Shown piece by piece: positions 1 to 10,031 of a stretch of 64,000 nucleotides of DNA. The translations under genes and the position numbers were made by a program. Source of the DNA: Carpediemonas membranifera BICM (Eukaryota; Protista; Fornicata); contig JAHDYR010000003.1 in the NCBI GenBank assembly GCA_019828565.1, forward strand, positions 681,409-745,408, in the 5' to 3' direction. The notes under the pieces were generated by a model. It worked only from the letters and a program-made list of their open reading frames with translations, did not search any database and was not told where the DNA came from. Position 1 is the first letter of the stretch. Every line of letters begins with the position of its first letter.

Positions 1-194
1 ACTTCCTTTATCTTACTCTCTCCCGGAATATCACGGTAAGTGTTCATAAGCGACATCCCTGGCATGCGGGCCCATTGCTTGCCGTTCACATCTTCGTTCT
101 GGTGCTTGAGCAGGTATCCGAACCGGTCAATCCAATATTTGCCAGCGTTCGAGAGGACCACCGGGATTGATTTGATTAAGATATATATGCCCAT
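1..194 (-). CDS. 5' part of a hypothetical ORF running off the window edge
   Basis: ATG at 194 opens MGIYILIKSIPVVLSNAGKYWIDRFGYLL... with no stop before position 1; divergent from the 276 ORF across an AT-rich spacer. Confidence 0.35.
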   Translation of the reverse strand, partial: MGIYILIKSIPVVLSNAGKYWIDRFGYLLKHQNEDVNGKQWARMPGMSLMNTYRDIPGESKIKE

Positions 195-275
195 TGATTC
201 GATCCAACCAATTGATTTATATTTATAGCCCGATTGATTTGCCTTAACCTGCCAGAAAACACTCTTGCGCACACG

Positions 276-971
276 ATGGTCTTATCTGAGTATCGCACAG
301 TTTCTAATCGAGCTTTGGTGCAGCGGCTACTGGAAGCAGCTGGTGCTCGCATCGCGAACGGCGACAACGTCGGATGCGTCATCGATCCGGCAGATGAAGG
401 AAAACCCTTTGTCAACTGTGTCCTCATGATTAATGGTGAGAAATACATCACACTTAGATGGAATGAGGAAGGAGGAAAGCTGTACTGCACCAACGGTGTT
501 CACAAGGCCTCTTTCCTTGAGATCCTGGACAATGTGATTGCTGAAGTCGAAGCCGAAGATGCTGCTCATCACAACGCGACCCTCAGCCCAACAGCCAGAG
601 AGCGTGTGGAAGCTCGTCGTGCCCAAGCTGCAGCCCAAGTTGCAGCCCACGCCGCAGCCATCGAGGAAGCCCGTGTTGCAGCCCGCGCCGCAGCCATCGA
701 GGAAGCCCGTGTTGCAGCCCGCGCCGCAGCCATCGAGGAAGCCCGCCCTGAAGACCGCGCTGCAGCCATCGAGGAAGCCCGCCCTGAAGACCGCGCTGCA
801 GCCATCGAGGAAGCCCGCCCTGAAGACCGCGCTGCAGCCATCGAGGAAGCCCGTGTTGCAGCTCTCGAAGCAGCACACGCTGCAGCTCTCCGTGCACCTC
901 CCGGTGATATTGACATGGAAGATTTCGAACGGGATCTCCAAGAGCTGCGCCTCAGATACAACTTAGGTTAA
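276..971 (+). CDS. Hypothetical protein with Ala/Glu/Arg-rich 12-aa repeats
   Basis: First ATG of ORF 234..971 is at 276; six AAAIEEAR-containing repeats. Confidence 0.55.
   Translation: MVLSEYRTVSNRALVQRLLEAAGARIANGDNVGCVIDPADEGKPFVNCVLMINGEKYITLRWNEEGGKLYCTNGVHKASFLEILDNVIAEVEAEDAAHHNATLSPTARERVEARRAQAAAQVAAHAAAIEEARVAARAAAIEEARVAARAAAIEEARPEDRAAAIEEARPEDRAAAIEEARPEDRAAAIEEARVAALEAAHAAALRAPPGDIDMEDFERDLQELRLRYNLG
633..860 (+). repeat. 36-bp coding tandem repeat, about 6 copies
   Basis: gcagccatcgaggaagcccg recurs at 654, 690, 726, 762, 798 and 834. Confidence 0.95.
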
Positions 972-1572
972 GACTCATTTGATAAACTCGATCCTCGATT
1001 ACTCGACTCACACGACTTTCGAATAAAGCCCAGTGCTCGTATTCTCATGATGGCCTTCTCGATGGTCGATGACCATGCACGCAGAAGTGTGGTGCCGGTC
1101 AGCCCACCATTCCAAAATATTGGGGTTGCTGCGGGCTAGAGTCATGAAAGTAAAAGTTTGATGATAGAAATATTAAATATGTTAGTTTGGGGCTTACAGT
1201 TCCCACGTGGAGATCAATCTCAACCAGGGGAGGGAACTCGTTGTCCCCTATCTGTCAATAGTCGCTGGAGGATGGATACCGTCCACTCCCCAGGGAGGCG
1301 GTGAGAGGACCGGGCCGGACCGAAGAGTACTGCGTGACTTTGAGGCGATACCGGCCCGGCTTGACCAGTCGACGGCTCAGACCAATCATTTTGTCCAAAA
1401 ATATCCCCGCAGTTTTAGGTCATGGGGGCGGAATTTAAGAAAAATTAGTGACCCCCCTCAGGTCTGCGTACGCAGGCGTACGCTCGGTTGGGGCCAGCGT
1501 ACGCTGATACGCGGTACGCAGATTATACAAAGCCCAAAAATCTCAACGAAAACTTGATCTTGGCTCATTGTG

Positions 1573-2330
1573 ATGTCTGACAGCTACAATCACCGCTGCA
1601 AGATAGGAAATTGTTTGTTACTTCACCATTCGCTCACACTGGGTACGAGAGTCAAGTCCTCGACGACCTTCAACTCGAGGAGTACAAACAGCGCCGCGAG
1701 CGGGGAACAGCCGCTTCTTCCGCTCTACAGATCCAGAAGTTGCTTGAAAAGGCTGTAGAAGGCAAGTTCCAGCGAGAGGAGTGCATTTCCGAGGGCGACA
1801 TGATCACCATCGGGACCAAGATGGACGACAGGGACCTCGTCCTCGGCGTAGACCCCCGCGACCCCCTCCCTTTCGAGGATGACGCGAGCACTGTCTCTGC
1901 TGGCCCCGCCAAGAAGGCCGCGCGTTCCCTTTTTGTGATCCGCAAGTTCAAGTCTGGCTCCGACGACCCCGTCATCCGCTTCGGAGACGCCATTGAGCTA
2001 ACCAGCGAGGTCATGGACTCTGTTGTGCTCAGCTCCCAGCCCCAGGGGACGGCGGTGAACTCCCCCATCACGAGCAAGCAGGCCGTCTTCATGATCCCGC
2101 CTGAGCAGGGGCGCGTGTCGGCCAGGTCCAAGTGGGAAGTGGTCTACCCCGACACCGAGTGGCGATTGGAGGAGATCGGTCGGCCCGTGAAGAGGGGCGA
2201 GGCTCTTTTGTTGAAACATGGCACGACTGGGGCCTTTTTGAACGTTGGCGGGTCGTTCCACAACTTGTTCGGTGTTGAGTATGAGATGGTTGGTGCGAAG
2301 AAGCCCCAGCTCTGGTGCTTTAATGTGTAA
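1573..2330 (+). CDS. CFAP161: CFAP161 (C15orf26)-like axonemal protein, 2 exons (probable intron 1613-1641)
   Basis: Splicing restores KIGNWYESQVLDDLQLEEYKQRRERG, matching the IGNW..E N-terminus of the family; the downstream domain contains IRFGDAIEL and LLLKHGTTG. Confidence 0.7.
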
Positions 2331-2407
2331 ATGGCTGCTGTAAATGGAAGTGCAGTTTATGTCACCAGCAAAATTTCGGTCGGCCGTTCTAGTGCCCACA
2401 GCGAGCA

Positions 2408-3295
2408 ATGGCGGATAAGGCACAGATTAAGGACCTGCAGCGACAGAATTCCGAGCTTTCTGTGATGAATAGCTATCTTCTTGGCGTGGCGAACGAGAAA
2501 GACCTCGAGATCGCCCGCCTGGAGGAAAAGGCGTTCAGACTGACCGAGCAGCTTAAGAAGGACTTCGATGACTATCAAAAGGAGACAAATGTGCAGCGCG
2601 ATGGGCATCAGGACCAGATCAAGCTGCTCAAGGCCCAAATTGTTCACCTTGAAGGGAAGATCGAGGGAATGTCTGACGTCTCGGACGAGAACGAGGTCCT
2701 GAAGGAGCGAGTCCGTGAGCTAGAGTCCAAGATCGAGGGTGTACGCACCGAGTATGAGCACCGCATCAGCCACGCCAAGTCCGAGACGTTCTCGACAAAG
2801 AGCGCCCTCGCCGAGGAGTACCGCCGCAAGATCCAGGAGCTGACGGACAAGATGGAGAGCAACCTCGTCCAGTCTCTGCCCGAGGAGGCGCGGCGTGCCC
2901 ACCAGAATAACATCGAGCTGCGGGAGCACCTGCTGACCCAAGGCCGTCACGTCGACGAGATCATGGCCAAGATGTCGAAGCTCGAGGTCCATGCCAAGAA
3001 GATGAAGGTCGAGCGCGACCTCTCGGCGGAGGAGGCGGCCGCGTCAGTGAAGGAGGCCGCCAGCCTGAGGCTCCAGGTGAGTAACCTGAAGAAGACGGTG
3101 AAGGAGACCGCCACAGAGCTGAAGAGGCTGAGGGCCCAGTCGAGTGAGACCGAGAAGCTGCAGCAGGAGCTTCACAGCTTGAAGACTGCCAACTCGAAGC
3201 AGCAGAAGCAGCTTGAGAAACTCACGGCGGAAGCAAGGGCCAGGGCTGCGGTAAGGAAGAAAGAGCCGAAGAAGACGTACCTCGGGCCCATCTAG
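2408..3295 (+). CDS. Coiled-coil flagellar protein, CFAP157-like
   Basis: 295-aa heptad-rich ORF; LPEEARRAHQNNIELREHL resembles the conserved CFAP157 segment (recalled, not searched). Confidence 0.55.
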   Translation: MADKAQIKDLQRQNSELSVMNSYLLGVANEKDLEIARLEEKAFRLTEQLKKDFDDYQKETNVQRDGHQDQIKLLKAQIVHLEGKIEGMSDVSDENEVLKERVRELESKIEGVRTEYEHRISHAKSETFSTKSALAEEYRRKIQELTDKMESNLVQSLPEEARRAHQNNIELREHLLTQGRHVDEIMAKMSKLEVHAKKMKVERDLSAEEAAASVKEAASLRLQVSNLKKTVKETATELKRLRAQSSETEKLQQELHSLKTANSKQQKQLEKLTAEARARAAVRKKEPKKTYLGPI

Positions 3296-3406
3296 AGGAG
3301 TGCCAGGCCTCCATGGTTGTATGTAGTATAGCGCCTTAAATATGGTTTTTAGCGACAGCACGTATCTAAGAGGGGCCTGGATAGAGCTGGATGATGGATG
3401 TTGGAA

Positions 3407-3550
3407 GTGCTGCGCAGGATTAGAATTGTTGAGTCCAAAACACACAGTGATCCAAGCAGCATCAGGATCGCAGTGTGGTTCATCATACTCTATCAATCGT
3501 GCGCAGCATATCACGCGCGCTGCAGCGCGTGTTTGCTCAACTTAGCAAGT
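3407..3550 (-). ncRNA. Candidate Fanzor omegaRNA scaffold (copy A)
   Basis: Matches the hairpin-rich segment 43259-43401 lying between the Fanzor stop codon and the element end in copy B. Confidence 0.6.
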
Positions 3551-4369
3551 TAATGATAGCGAGGAAGCACCTCTCTGGGAGTCGTAGTGGAAAGGAGATT
3601 GCTCTATCTGATCTGAAGTTGCATCGTGGGTGCACCAAAGGATGTTCTCGCTGGCGCTCTTATCTCGGTGAGAGAGATTGAGAAGTTTGTCTCTCTGCTC
3701 GGGATGCCGACGTAGCCGTTCAACGCGCCATGGAGCTCCCTCGCACGCGGGATTCTGGCAGAGCATGGTGCGGTGTGTGTGCACCACACGTCGGAAGTGT
3801 GCTTTGCAGTATGGCCACACGATGGAAGTGCGGATTCCGAGACCATCGTGACACTCACGACGACGTTGTGCCGGAGCATGATGCCAGGAAGAGCTCGAGC
3901 AAAGTGGCGGTACGGAGCACAGGAGGGAGTGCCGGCGGAACCGAACAGTGCAGCCCCATACGCGACTTCGAGGTGAATGGGCTCCGGGGGGCGCCCGCCG
4001 AGATCATCCAGGAGTTGACGTCCAGCCCGGGCGAAGTGCTTCAGGCGCAGACAGTGATTGGCAAAAGTCGCACGGCGGAAACACTTTCTAGTCCCCTCGT
4101 TGATGATTTGAACGATACACTCTGCCCGTCTGGGCGGCGGATCGTGTAGCCGCCCAGCGACCGAGCACCAGGGTCGAAGCCCATGAGAGCTTGAATGTCC
4201 GGGGCAGGAGTAGCCTCGGCGTCATCCTGACCGAGCCGAGCCCGCTTGTTGCTGCTACCCTTTTTGTACGTGGGCCGGTCAGGGTCATTGTTGAGTCTAA
4301 ATCCCAGGGGGGTCGACAGCCTAAGTCACCTTTACATGAATCCTCCACATAAACCATCTAAATACCACA
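3407..4369 (-). mobile_element. Fanzor element copy A, internally deleted and non-autonomous
   Basis: Near-identical to the termini and 3' part of 40916-43402. Lacks about 40984-42397 and about 42564-42688 of B. Flanked by the direct duplication ttggaag (3401-3407 and 4370-4376). Confidence 0.9.
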
Positions 4370-4412
4370 TTGGAAGTGACATATTCTGCGAAAAACTATT
4401 CGCGCGAAAGCA

Positions 4413-6731
4413 ATGCTTCGCGTACTCAATGCGGGGTACCAAATAGACCATATAGGTCAAATACAGAACCAGAGTTCGCCCGTTCCCTTCGTTTTTGGCA
4501 CCCGAATCGCCAAGGATATCCCAATCCCAAGCTTTCTCGTCAAACTCCTGAACAATACCCGGAAAGAGAACGGAATAGACGATTCCGAGATTAAGATGCA
4601 ATTTCGCCTCTCCCTCCTCCTCCTGCCTACGGGAGCGCCCATCGGCCGTACGTTTTCCTCGGCCTTCGTCTCTCCGAGCCACCTCAAGGGCTGTAGCGGA
4701 GGAATCCCGTACTCATCGATGGCTGACGAGGACCCCTTCTATCGCGCCGATGTCCGCTTCACCGAGGACACCCTCATGGTGTGCGACGTCGTTGAGGCCG
4801 ACCACGTGGCCATCGTCGTCGAGGTTGTCGCCGCGGTCGTCTATACGAACCCGCAAGGCGAAGTGGCGCTGAGTCCCCTCACTGTGGGCTGGACGGCCAA
4901 CTGTTCGCTCTTCCAGCTGCTCCGGGACCACTCGTCGGGCCGCAAGAAGCTGCCCAACTACCCAGAGCCCTGCCCCGCAGCCTCGTTCAAGCTGTGGCCG
5001 CACACCACATCCCCGCGCTACCTGTTATCTGGGGCGGTGACCACGAGGGCACACCTGGCGGCCATGTCCAAGAAGCACAAGGACAAGCTCGCGGCGGTGT
5101 ACTGCGCGGTACAGCCAGTGGACATGCCCAATCTCAGCAAAATAGGGCAGTATTTACCTAGGAATCGGTTTGTCTCACGTAACACTGTAATTCCCGGCAT
5201 CGCCAGGACCACGGGGTCGTTGGCGATCCAGATCAGATGGGACGCACGTCCCTCGGGTCTTGACGACCTCACAAACGTCCCGCCGGCCCCGGACATGGAG
5301 GGGACAGCCCTGCTTCCCTTCGAGGAGGATCCCAAGACACTAACCCTTACTGTCCAGAAGGTGAAGTTCGTAGGGCTGTCGGCCGCCATTGAGAAGGCGA
5401 GGCTGGCACTGGAGACGATGCGGCACGGCACGTCTAGCCGGGCGCTAGGCTATAGCGTGACGTTCATCGTCCACAACAGCCTCAAGGCGGTGTCGACCCG
5501 CACCACGCCCCTCCAGGGCGACACCGCCGTCGATGAGGTGGCGTTCACGATGCCGCTCCAACACCACTGCTTCCTTGTCGTCGCGGTGACGGCGTCCCTC
5601 GAGACCGAGACCGCGGCCGGACCTTACGGCGGCAGTGTAACGGTGTGCGCCTCCTCTTTCGCCCCGTTCGACCCGAAGACGAACGAGCTCGTGCCCGACC
5701 TGCTCCCCATCTGGACAGCGGTCACTCTCAGCCCCATGCCGCTCCCGTGGGCGGCCGAGCTGCTCCACCTGCCACAAGCCCTGTGTGCTACGGAGGTCGA
5801 GATCACCGCGGAGGTCAAGCAGGACCTGCCGCAGACACCCCGCCGGGGCCCGCGGGCCACGCCTAAGACGCCAGTGCGGGCCACACGGTCGATGTCCACG
5901 AGTAGGGCCGTCCCGCCGTCTCCACTGGCCGCGGCCGACAGATCGGGGCTGTTTACCGACGGTACTGGCGGGTCGACATTCGTGTCGCTGAGTCGAACTG
6001 AGTCGATGCTCGGCATGGTTCCCCCTGCCACACCCGCGACACCGGCGACGGACTTCAACCCGACCATCGGAGTGTGTATGAGGGTCGATATCAAGGGCAT
6101 GCGGTTCGTCGGCCAGCCTTGCTTGCAGGACCAGTTCAAGACAGCAGTAGATACAAAGAATCCGACTGTATCTCAGGATCATGATAGATACATCAAATAT
6201 CGAGGGAATCTCGAGCTGATCCTCTTTGTGGGTCAGGTCGCCCAGGTCCGGCACCGCTTCTCCGTGAGCACTCAATGTCAGCCCGGTGTCAATATAGATA
6301 CGGGCAGAGATTTGGTGTCAGATCCGATCGTCCTGACAGCCTCTAATCCTGCCCCCTACGGCGGTCACCCCGTGTTCCTGGAACTCAGAGACAACACTGG
6401 CCACAGCTTGGGGCGCATGAGCCTCTACTCGGGCATCCCGCGGCCCTTTAAGCGGAACATGACGGCCATCCTCGCGTATGATTCGATGCCGGTGTGCCGT
6501 CGGGAGGGCTTCCTTGACGAGGCGGTGGAGGTGACCGCGGACCTCGAGTTCTCCCTCGACGTGCCCCGGGCCACGAGGGTGGACGACGTCGACGAGGCCG
6601 ACCTAACCATAGTCACCCCACTGGACCTCGCGGAGAACGTGCTGACGAACGTCGGTGTGTACGGTGCGGTGTCCAAGGAGGTGCTGGCCATGCTTGTGGA
6701 GATCGGGCCGTATCCATGGGGGGTCGAGTGA
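4413..6731 (+). CDS. Nephrocystin-4 (NPHP4)-like transition-zone protein, N-terminal C2-like region
   Basis: FRLSLL...IGRTFSS, HVAIVVEVV and TSPRYLL resemble NPHP4 N-terminal motifs; the exact start is uncertain. Confidence 0.55.
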   Translation: MLRVLNAGYQIDHIGQIQNQSSPVPFVFGTRIAKDIPIPSFLVKLLNNTRKENGIDDSEIKMQFRLSLLLLPTGAPIGRTFSSAFVSPSHLKGCSGGIPYSSMADEDPFYRADVRFTEDTLMVCDVVEADHVAIVVEVVAAVVYTNPQGEVALSPLTVGWTANCSLFQLLRDHSSGRKKLPNYPEPCPAASFKLWPHTTSPRYLLSGAVTTRAHLAAMSKKHKDKLAAVYCAVQPVDMPNLSKIGQYLPRNRFVSRNTVIPGIARTTGSLAIQIRWDARPSGLDDLTNVPPAPDMEGTALLPFEEDPKTLTLTVQKVKFVGLSAAIEKARLALETMRHGTSSRALGYSVTFIVHNSLKAVSTRTTPLQGDTAVDEVAFTMPLQHHCFLVVAVTASLETETAAGPYGGSVTVCASSFAPFDPKTNELVPDLLPIWTAVTLSPMPLPWAAELLHLPQALCATEVEITAEVKQDLPQTPRRGPRATPKTPVRATRSMSTSRAVPPSPLAAADRSGLFTDGTGGSTFVSLSRTESMLGMVPPATPATPATDFNPTIGVCMRVDIKGMRFVGQPCLQDQFKTAVDTKNPTVSQDHDRYIKYRGNLELILFVGQVAQVRHRFSVSTQCQPGVNIDTGRDLVSDPIVLTASNPAPYGGHPVFLELRDNTGHSLGRMSLYSGIPRPFKRNMTAILAYDSMPVCRREGFLDEAVEVTADLEFSLDVPRATRVDDVDEADLTIVTPLDLAENVLTNVGVYGAVSKEVLAMLVEIGPYPWGVE

Positions 6732-6808
6732 GTTAGTTTATGTCGCTGGAAGTGCTGTTATGTCAATATATACGCCCCGCAGTAAAGCATGTTATCCCAT
6801 TAACCCGG

Positions 6809-8719
6809 TCACAATGCGTCCACGGCTTGAATCTGACCGTCGGCAGTTGATATGAGCAGCTTCTTGCCGGAAAACTTAACACACTGGGCGCCGTCGTTGT
6901 GGACCTTCAGCTGCCTCAGCATATCCTGAGTCATCGTGTCGTAGAGGCTGATGTTGCTGTCCAGGCTCCCGGCCGCCAGGATGCGGCTGTTGGCGCTGAA
7001 TGACACACTCAACGCCCACGAGTTAGGGCGCATGGGCACGCCAACAGCCTCGCCGGTGACGTAGTTCCAGAACTTGATAGACCCATCCCGCGAGGTCGAC
7101 GCGATGATCGGCTGGTTGGCCGCCGGGTGCACCCCGAAGGCGACGTCGAGTACATAGTCCTTGTGCGCCTCGATGACGTGGCGCGGCTTGACCTTGGCGG
7201 GGTGGGACTCAACTACGTCCTTGACATTCCAGACGAGGACGAAACCGTCGAGCCCGCCGGACACAAACCATTGGGAGTCGGGCGAGAAGCGGACCACCCG
7301 GACCCAGTGCTGGTGTCCGGCCAGCAGACGGAGGAAGGAAGCGGCCTTGAAGTCCCAGAGCACGACAACACGGTCCATGCCCCCAGACACAATGTACTTG
7401 TCGTCGGGTGAGAGGTCGGCGGTCAGGATGCCGTCGCTATGAGCACCCTTAAGTAAATGGACGCAGCCTGCAGTAAATGTGTTCCAGATCCTGATGGACT
7501 GGTCGAACGAGGCGCTAACAATGAATCTGTCATCGCTTGTGATACACACCGAGCTGACCAGGCTGCGGTGGCCGACGAACTCGGCCTGTTGCTCACCGGT
7601 GTTGAGCTCCCAGATTCGGATATTCGTATCATGAGATCCGGTGATGATACACCCAGGATACATTCGACTCTCACAAAAAGATTTGATTCCATTGGGGTGG
7701 GCCTGGATTGAGAACGGGAAAAGATGCACGTCGACCGCACAAAAGAGTATATGCAGCACGTGTATGCTGTTGACGATGATCTCGAGCTCGTCGTAATAAA
7801 AGGCTCTGGCGGGGGTGTCGAGGCCCGCCATGGTGCGGTTCTTGAGGTTGTACTTGACGAACTGCTTGTCGAATGAGAGGGCGTACTCCACCAGGGGCAG
7901 TGACACCCGGATGAACTGGTGGGCGATGTTGACGAGGTGGTTGAGGTGAGTCTCAAACACCTGCTCCCGTTTGATTAAATCAACGATCGCGAGGGTGGGG
8001 AAGACCGCCATCACCGCCATCACCGAGGAGTGAAGCATGTCGATCACGGGACCGAGGCGGGCGGCCACGTGCGTCTCGAACTGGGGGTGGTCTGGGGTGA
8101 GCAGGTCCTGCACAAGGAGCGTGTCGGGCATGTCCATGAACGTCAGCTCCGCCTGGTCCAGGTGGTCCACGTCGAACTGCCCCGTGCTCGCTGTGGGGGC
8201 GTCCTTGGTTAGCCCCCGCCCCATGTCCGTCTCGTCCTCGGCAGTGTCCTCGGACTCGGACGCCGCCGCACGGGCTGTGTCCGTGTCCCTGTCGTTGTGG
8301 GAGACCTTAATGGCGTACTCAAGCTGATCCATCGCTGTCCGCAGGCGCTTGAAGAAACCGCCCTCGCTGTGTGAATGTGGGGTTGGGCACAAACAGGTCG
8401 CGGAAGGCCTGGATGTTGGCCTTGATAAGCTTGCTCTCGTTGGCGTCTATGATCCTGGCGACCCCGCTGACCCCGGACTTCTTCTCTGTGCCCGGTTGGA
8501 ACACGGTGGTGTCGCCCCACTGGCGGAGCAGGCTGAAACTGTGTCTTAGTTGCTCAAAGAGTGTTCTATCTTCAGGGTGTTGCGTAATTAGGATCTTCTT
8601 CCATCTGCGTTAGTGCTTGAGGGCGCAGCAAACATATCGGGTACACTAGAGGACCGATTGAATAGGTTCCGAAGCAGCTGTGACTTTGTGATCGAGTAGA
8701 GGCGGCGATAATCGTCCAT
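6809..8719 (-). CDS. WD40-repeat protein, 3 exons (introns 8605-8633 and 8367-8394)
   Basis: About 7 GH...WD-type repeats at the C-terminus; two GTTTG...CAG introns (29 and 28 nt) join the reading frames; the start could lie further upstream (8770 or 8887). Confidence 0.8.
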
Positions 8720-8956
8720 ATACGTGTTTAAGCATATCTCTGTCGTCTGATTGTTTGATAATCGAAACATCAGAGGTGTTGCGTTGTACTTTGTAGATTT
8801 CGCGTACATATTAATACCTTTGGCGGGACTTGCTGTGGCCGCAATGAGTGCTCGTAGGCCGCATAGAGTCGGTAGGAACCCTGCCATGCCAATAAATCAA
8901 TGTGACCTTAAAGTGCGACACTGCGCGATTTGGCCGAGCAACGCTACGAGGCCTGA

Positions 8957-9811
8957 ATGTCCGAAAATTCGGCGAATGCAGGTGCAATGCAGCAAATTAA
9001 CGAGCATATTGCGTCACAATTTGAGAAAATGAAAAAGCAACTGAAAGCAAAGGATGCGGAGGTCTCTCGACTCAAGGAGAGCTTTGAAGCGAGAACCAAG
9101 GAGCTAGAGGATCTTCTTATAATAGGACAACAGCATATGCAGCCACCAGCTTCTGTGACGGACATGAATAACCGCGTTGATGCGCTCGAGCAGGAACTCC
9201 GGGCCCAAGCAAGGGCCAATGAGTCCCAGGCAGAGGCGTCCGCCCGGGAATACGACGCCTCCCTAGGCAAGGAGGCAGAGAGGGCCCGGGGTCTTCAACG
9301 GCAACTCGAGGAGGAGAAGCGGCTCGTTCGTGATCTGAAAGAGCGGGTTCAGGCGAGCGATGCGCGCCTGGATGCCCAAGCTCGAGAGCATCAGCTGGCG
9401 TTGAGGAAAGAGGCAGATAGTATTAGAGAACTCCAACATCAGCTCGAGGAGGAGAGGCGGCTCGTTCGTGATCTGAAAGAGCGGGTTCAGGCGAGCGATG
9501 CGCGCCTGGATGCCCAAGCTCGAGAGCATCAGCTGGCATTGAGGAAAGAGGGAGAAAATGCGAGAGAGCTCCAACATCAGCTTGAAGAGGAGAAGCGGCG
9601 TTTCGATGCCGAGCTTCTGTCGAGAGACCGGCGGAACGACAGGCTGCTGGTGGAGGCGGCCAGCTACAGGAAGCAGCTGGACGATTGCCACATCATCCTT
9701 GAGGCGAAGGAGAAGGAGGGACGGCGGGTCGAGCGCAAGGTCGGGAAGAAGGGCAAGAAGGGGAAGCGGGGCAAGAAGGGTAAGAAGGGCAAGAAGGGTA
9801 AGAAGAAGTGA
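8957..9811 (+). CDS. Coiled-coil protein with internal 46-aa duplication and poly-KKGK tail
   Basis: Heptad-rich ORF; 138-bp repeat across about 9300-9600; ends KKGKKGKRGKKGKKGKKGKKK. Confidence 0.8.
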   Translation: MSENSANAGAMQQINEHIASQFEKMKKQLKAKDAEVSRLKESFEARTKELEDLLIIGQQHMQPPASVTDMNNRVDALEQELRAQARANESQAEASAREYDASLGKEAERARGLQRQLEEEKRLVRDLKERVQASDARLDAQAREHQLALRKEADSIRELQHQLEEERRLVRDLKERVQASDARLDAQAREHQLALRKEGENARELQHQLEEEKRRFDAELLSRDRRNDRLLVEAASYRKQLDDCHIILEAKEKEGRRVERKVGKKGKKGKRGKKGKKGKKGKKK

Positions 9812-10031
9812 TCGCTCTGCCTCTGCTGTGTGAATTTATTAATCGTCGCCCAGTTAACCGCTCCGCCAGACACGGGGGGCTCCTGGTTGACTTCCAGGCC
9901 CAATAAACCCCTGGACTAGCATGCTGTCGTGCATTTATCTCCCGTGTCGCTGCTGCGACTGTGGGCGGTGTTTGATGGGCTGGCGGGTTTTGCACTTTGT
10001 TCCGGACATCGAAGCACAGACGAATTGTGCC

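Noticed and set aside
1207-1557. Peptide SPKISTKT shared with the minus-strand ORF near 23940-23970
   Set aside because: The codons differ, both ORFs look spurious and there is no extended similarity; treated as chance.
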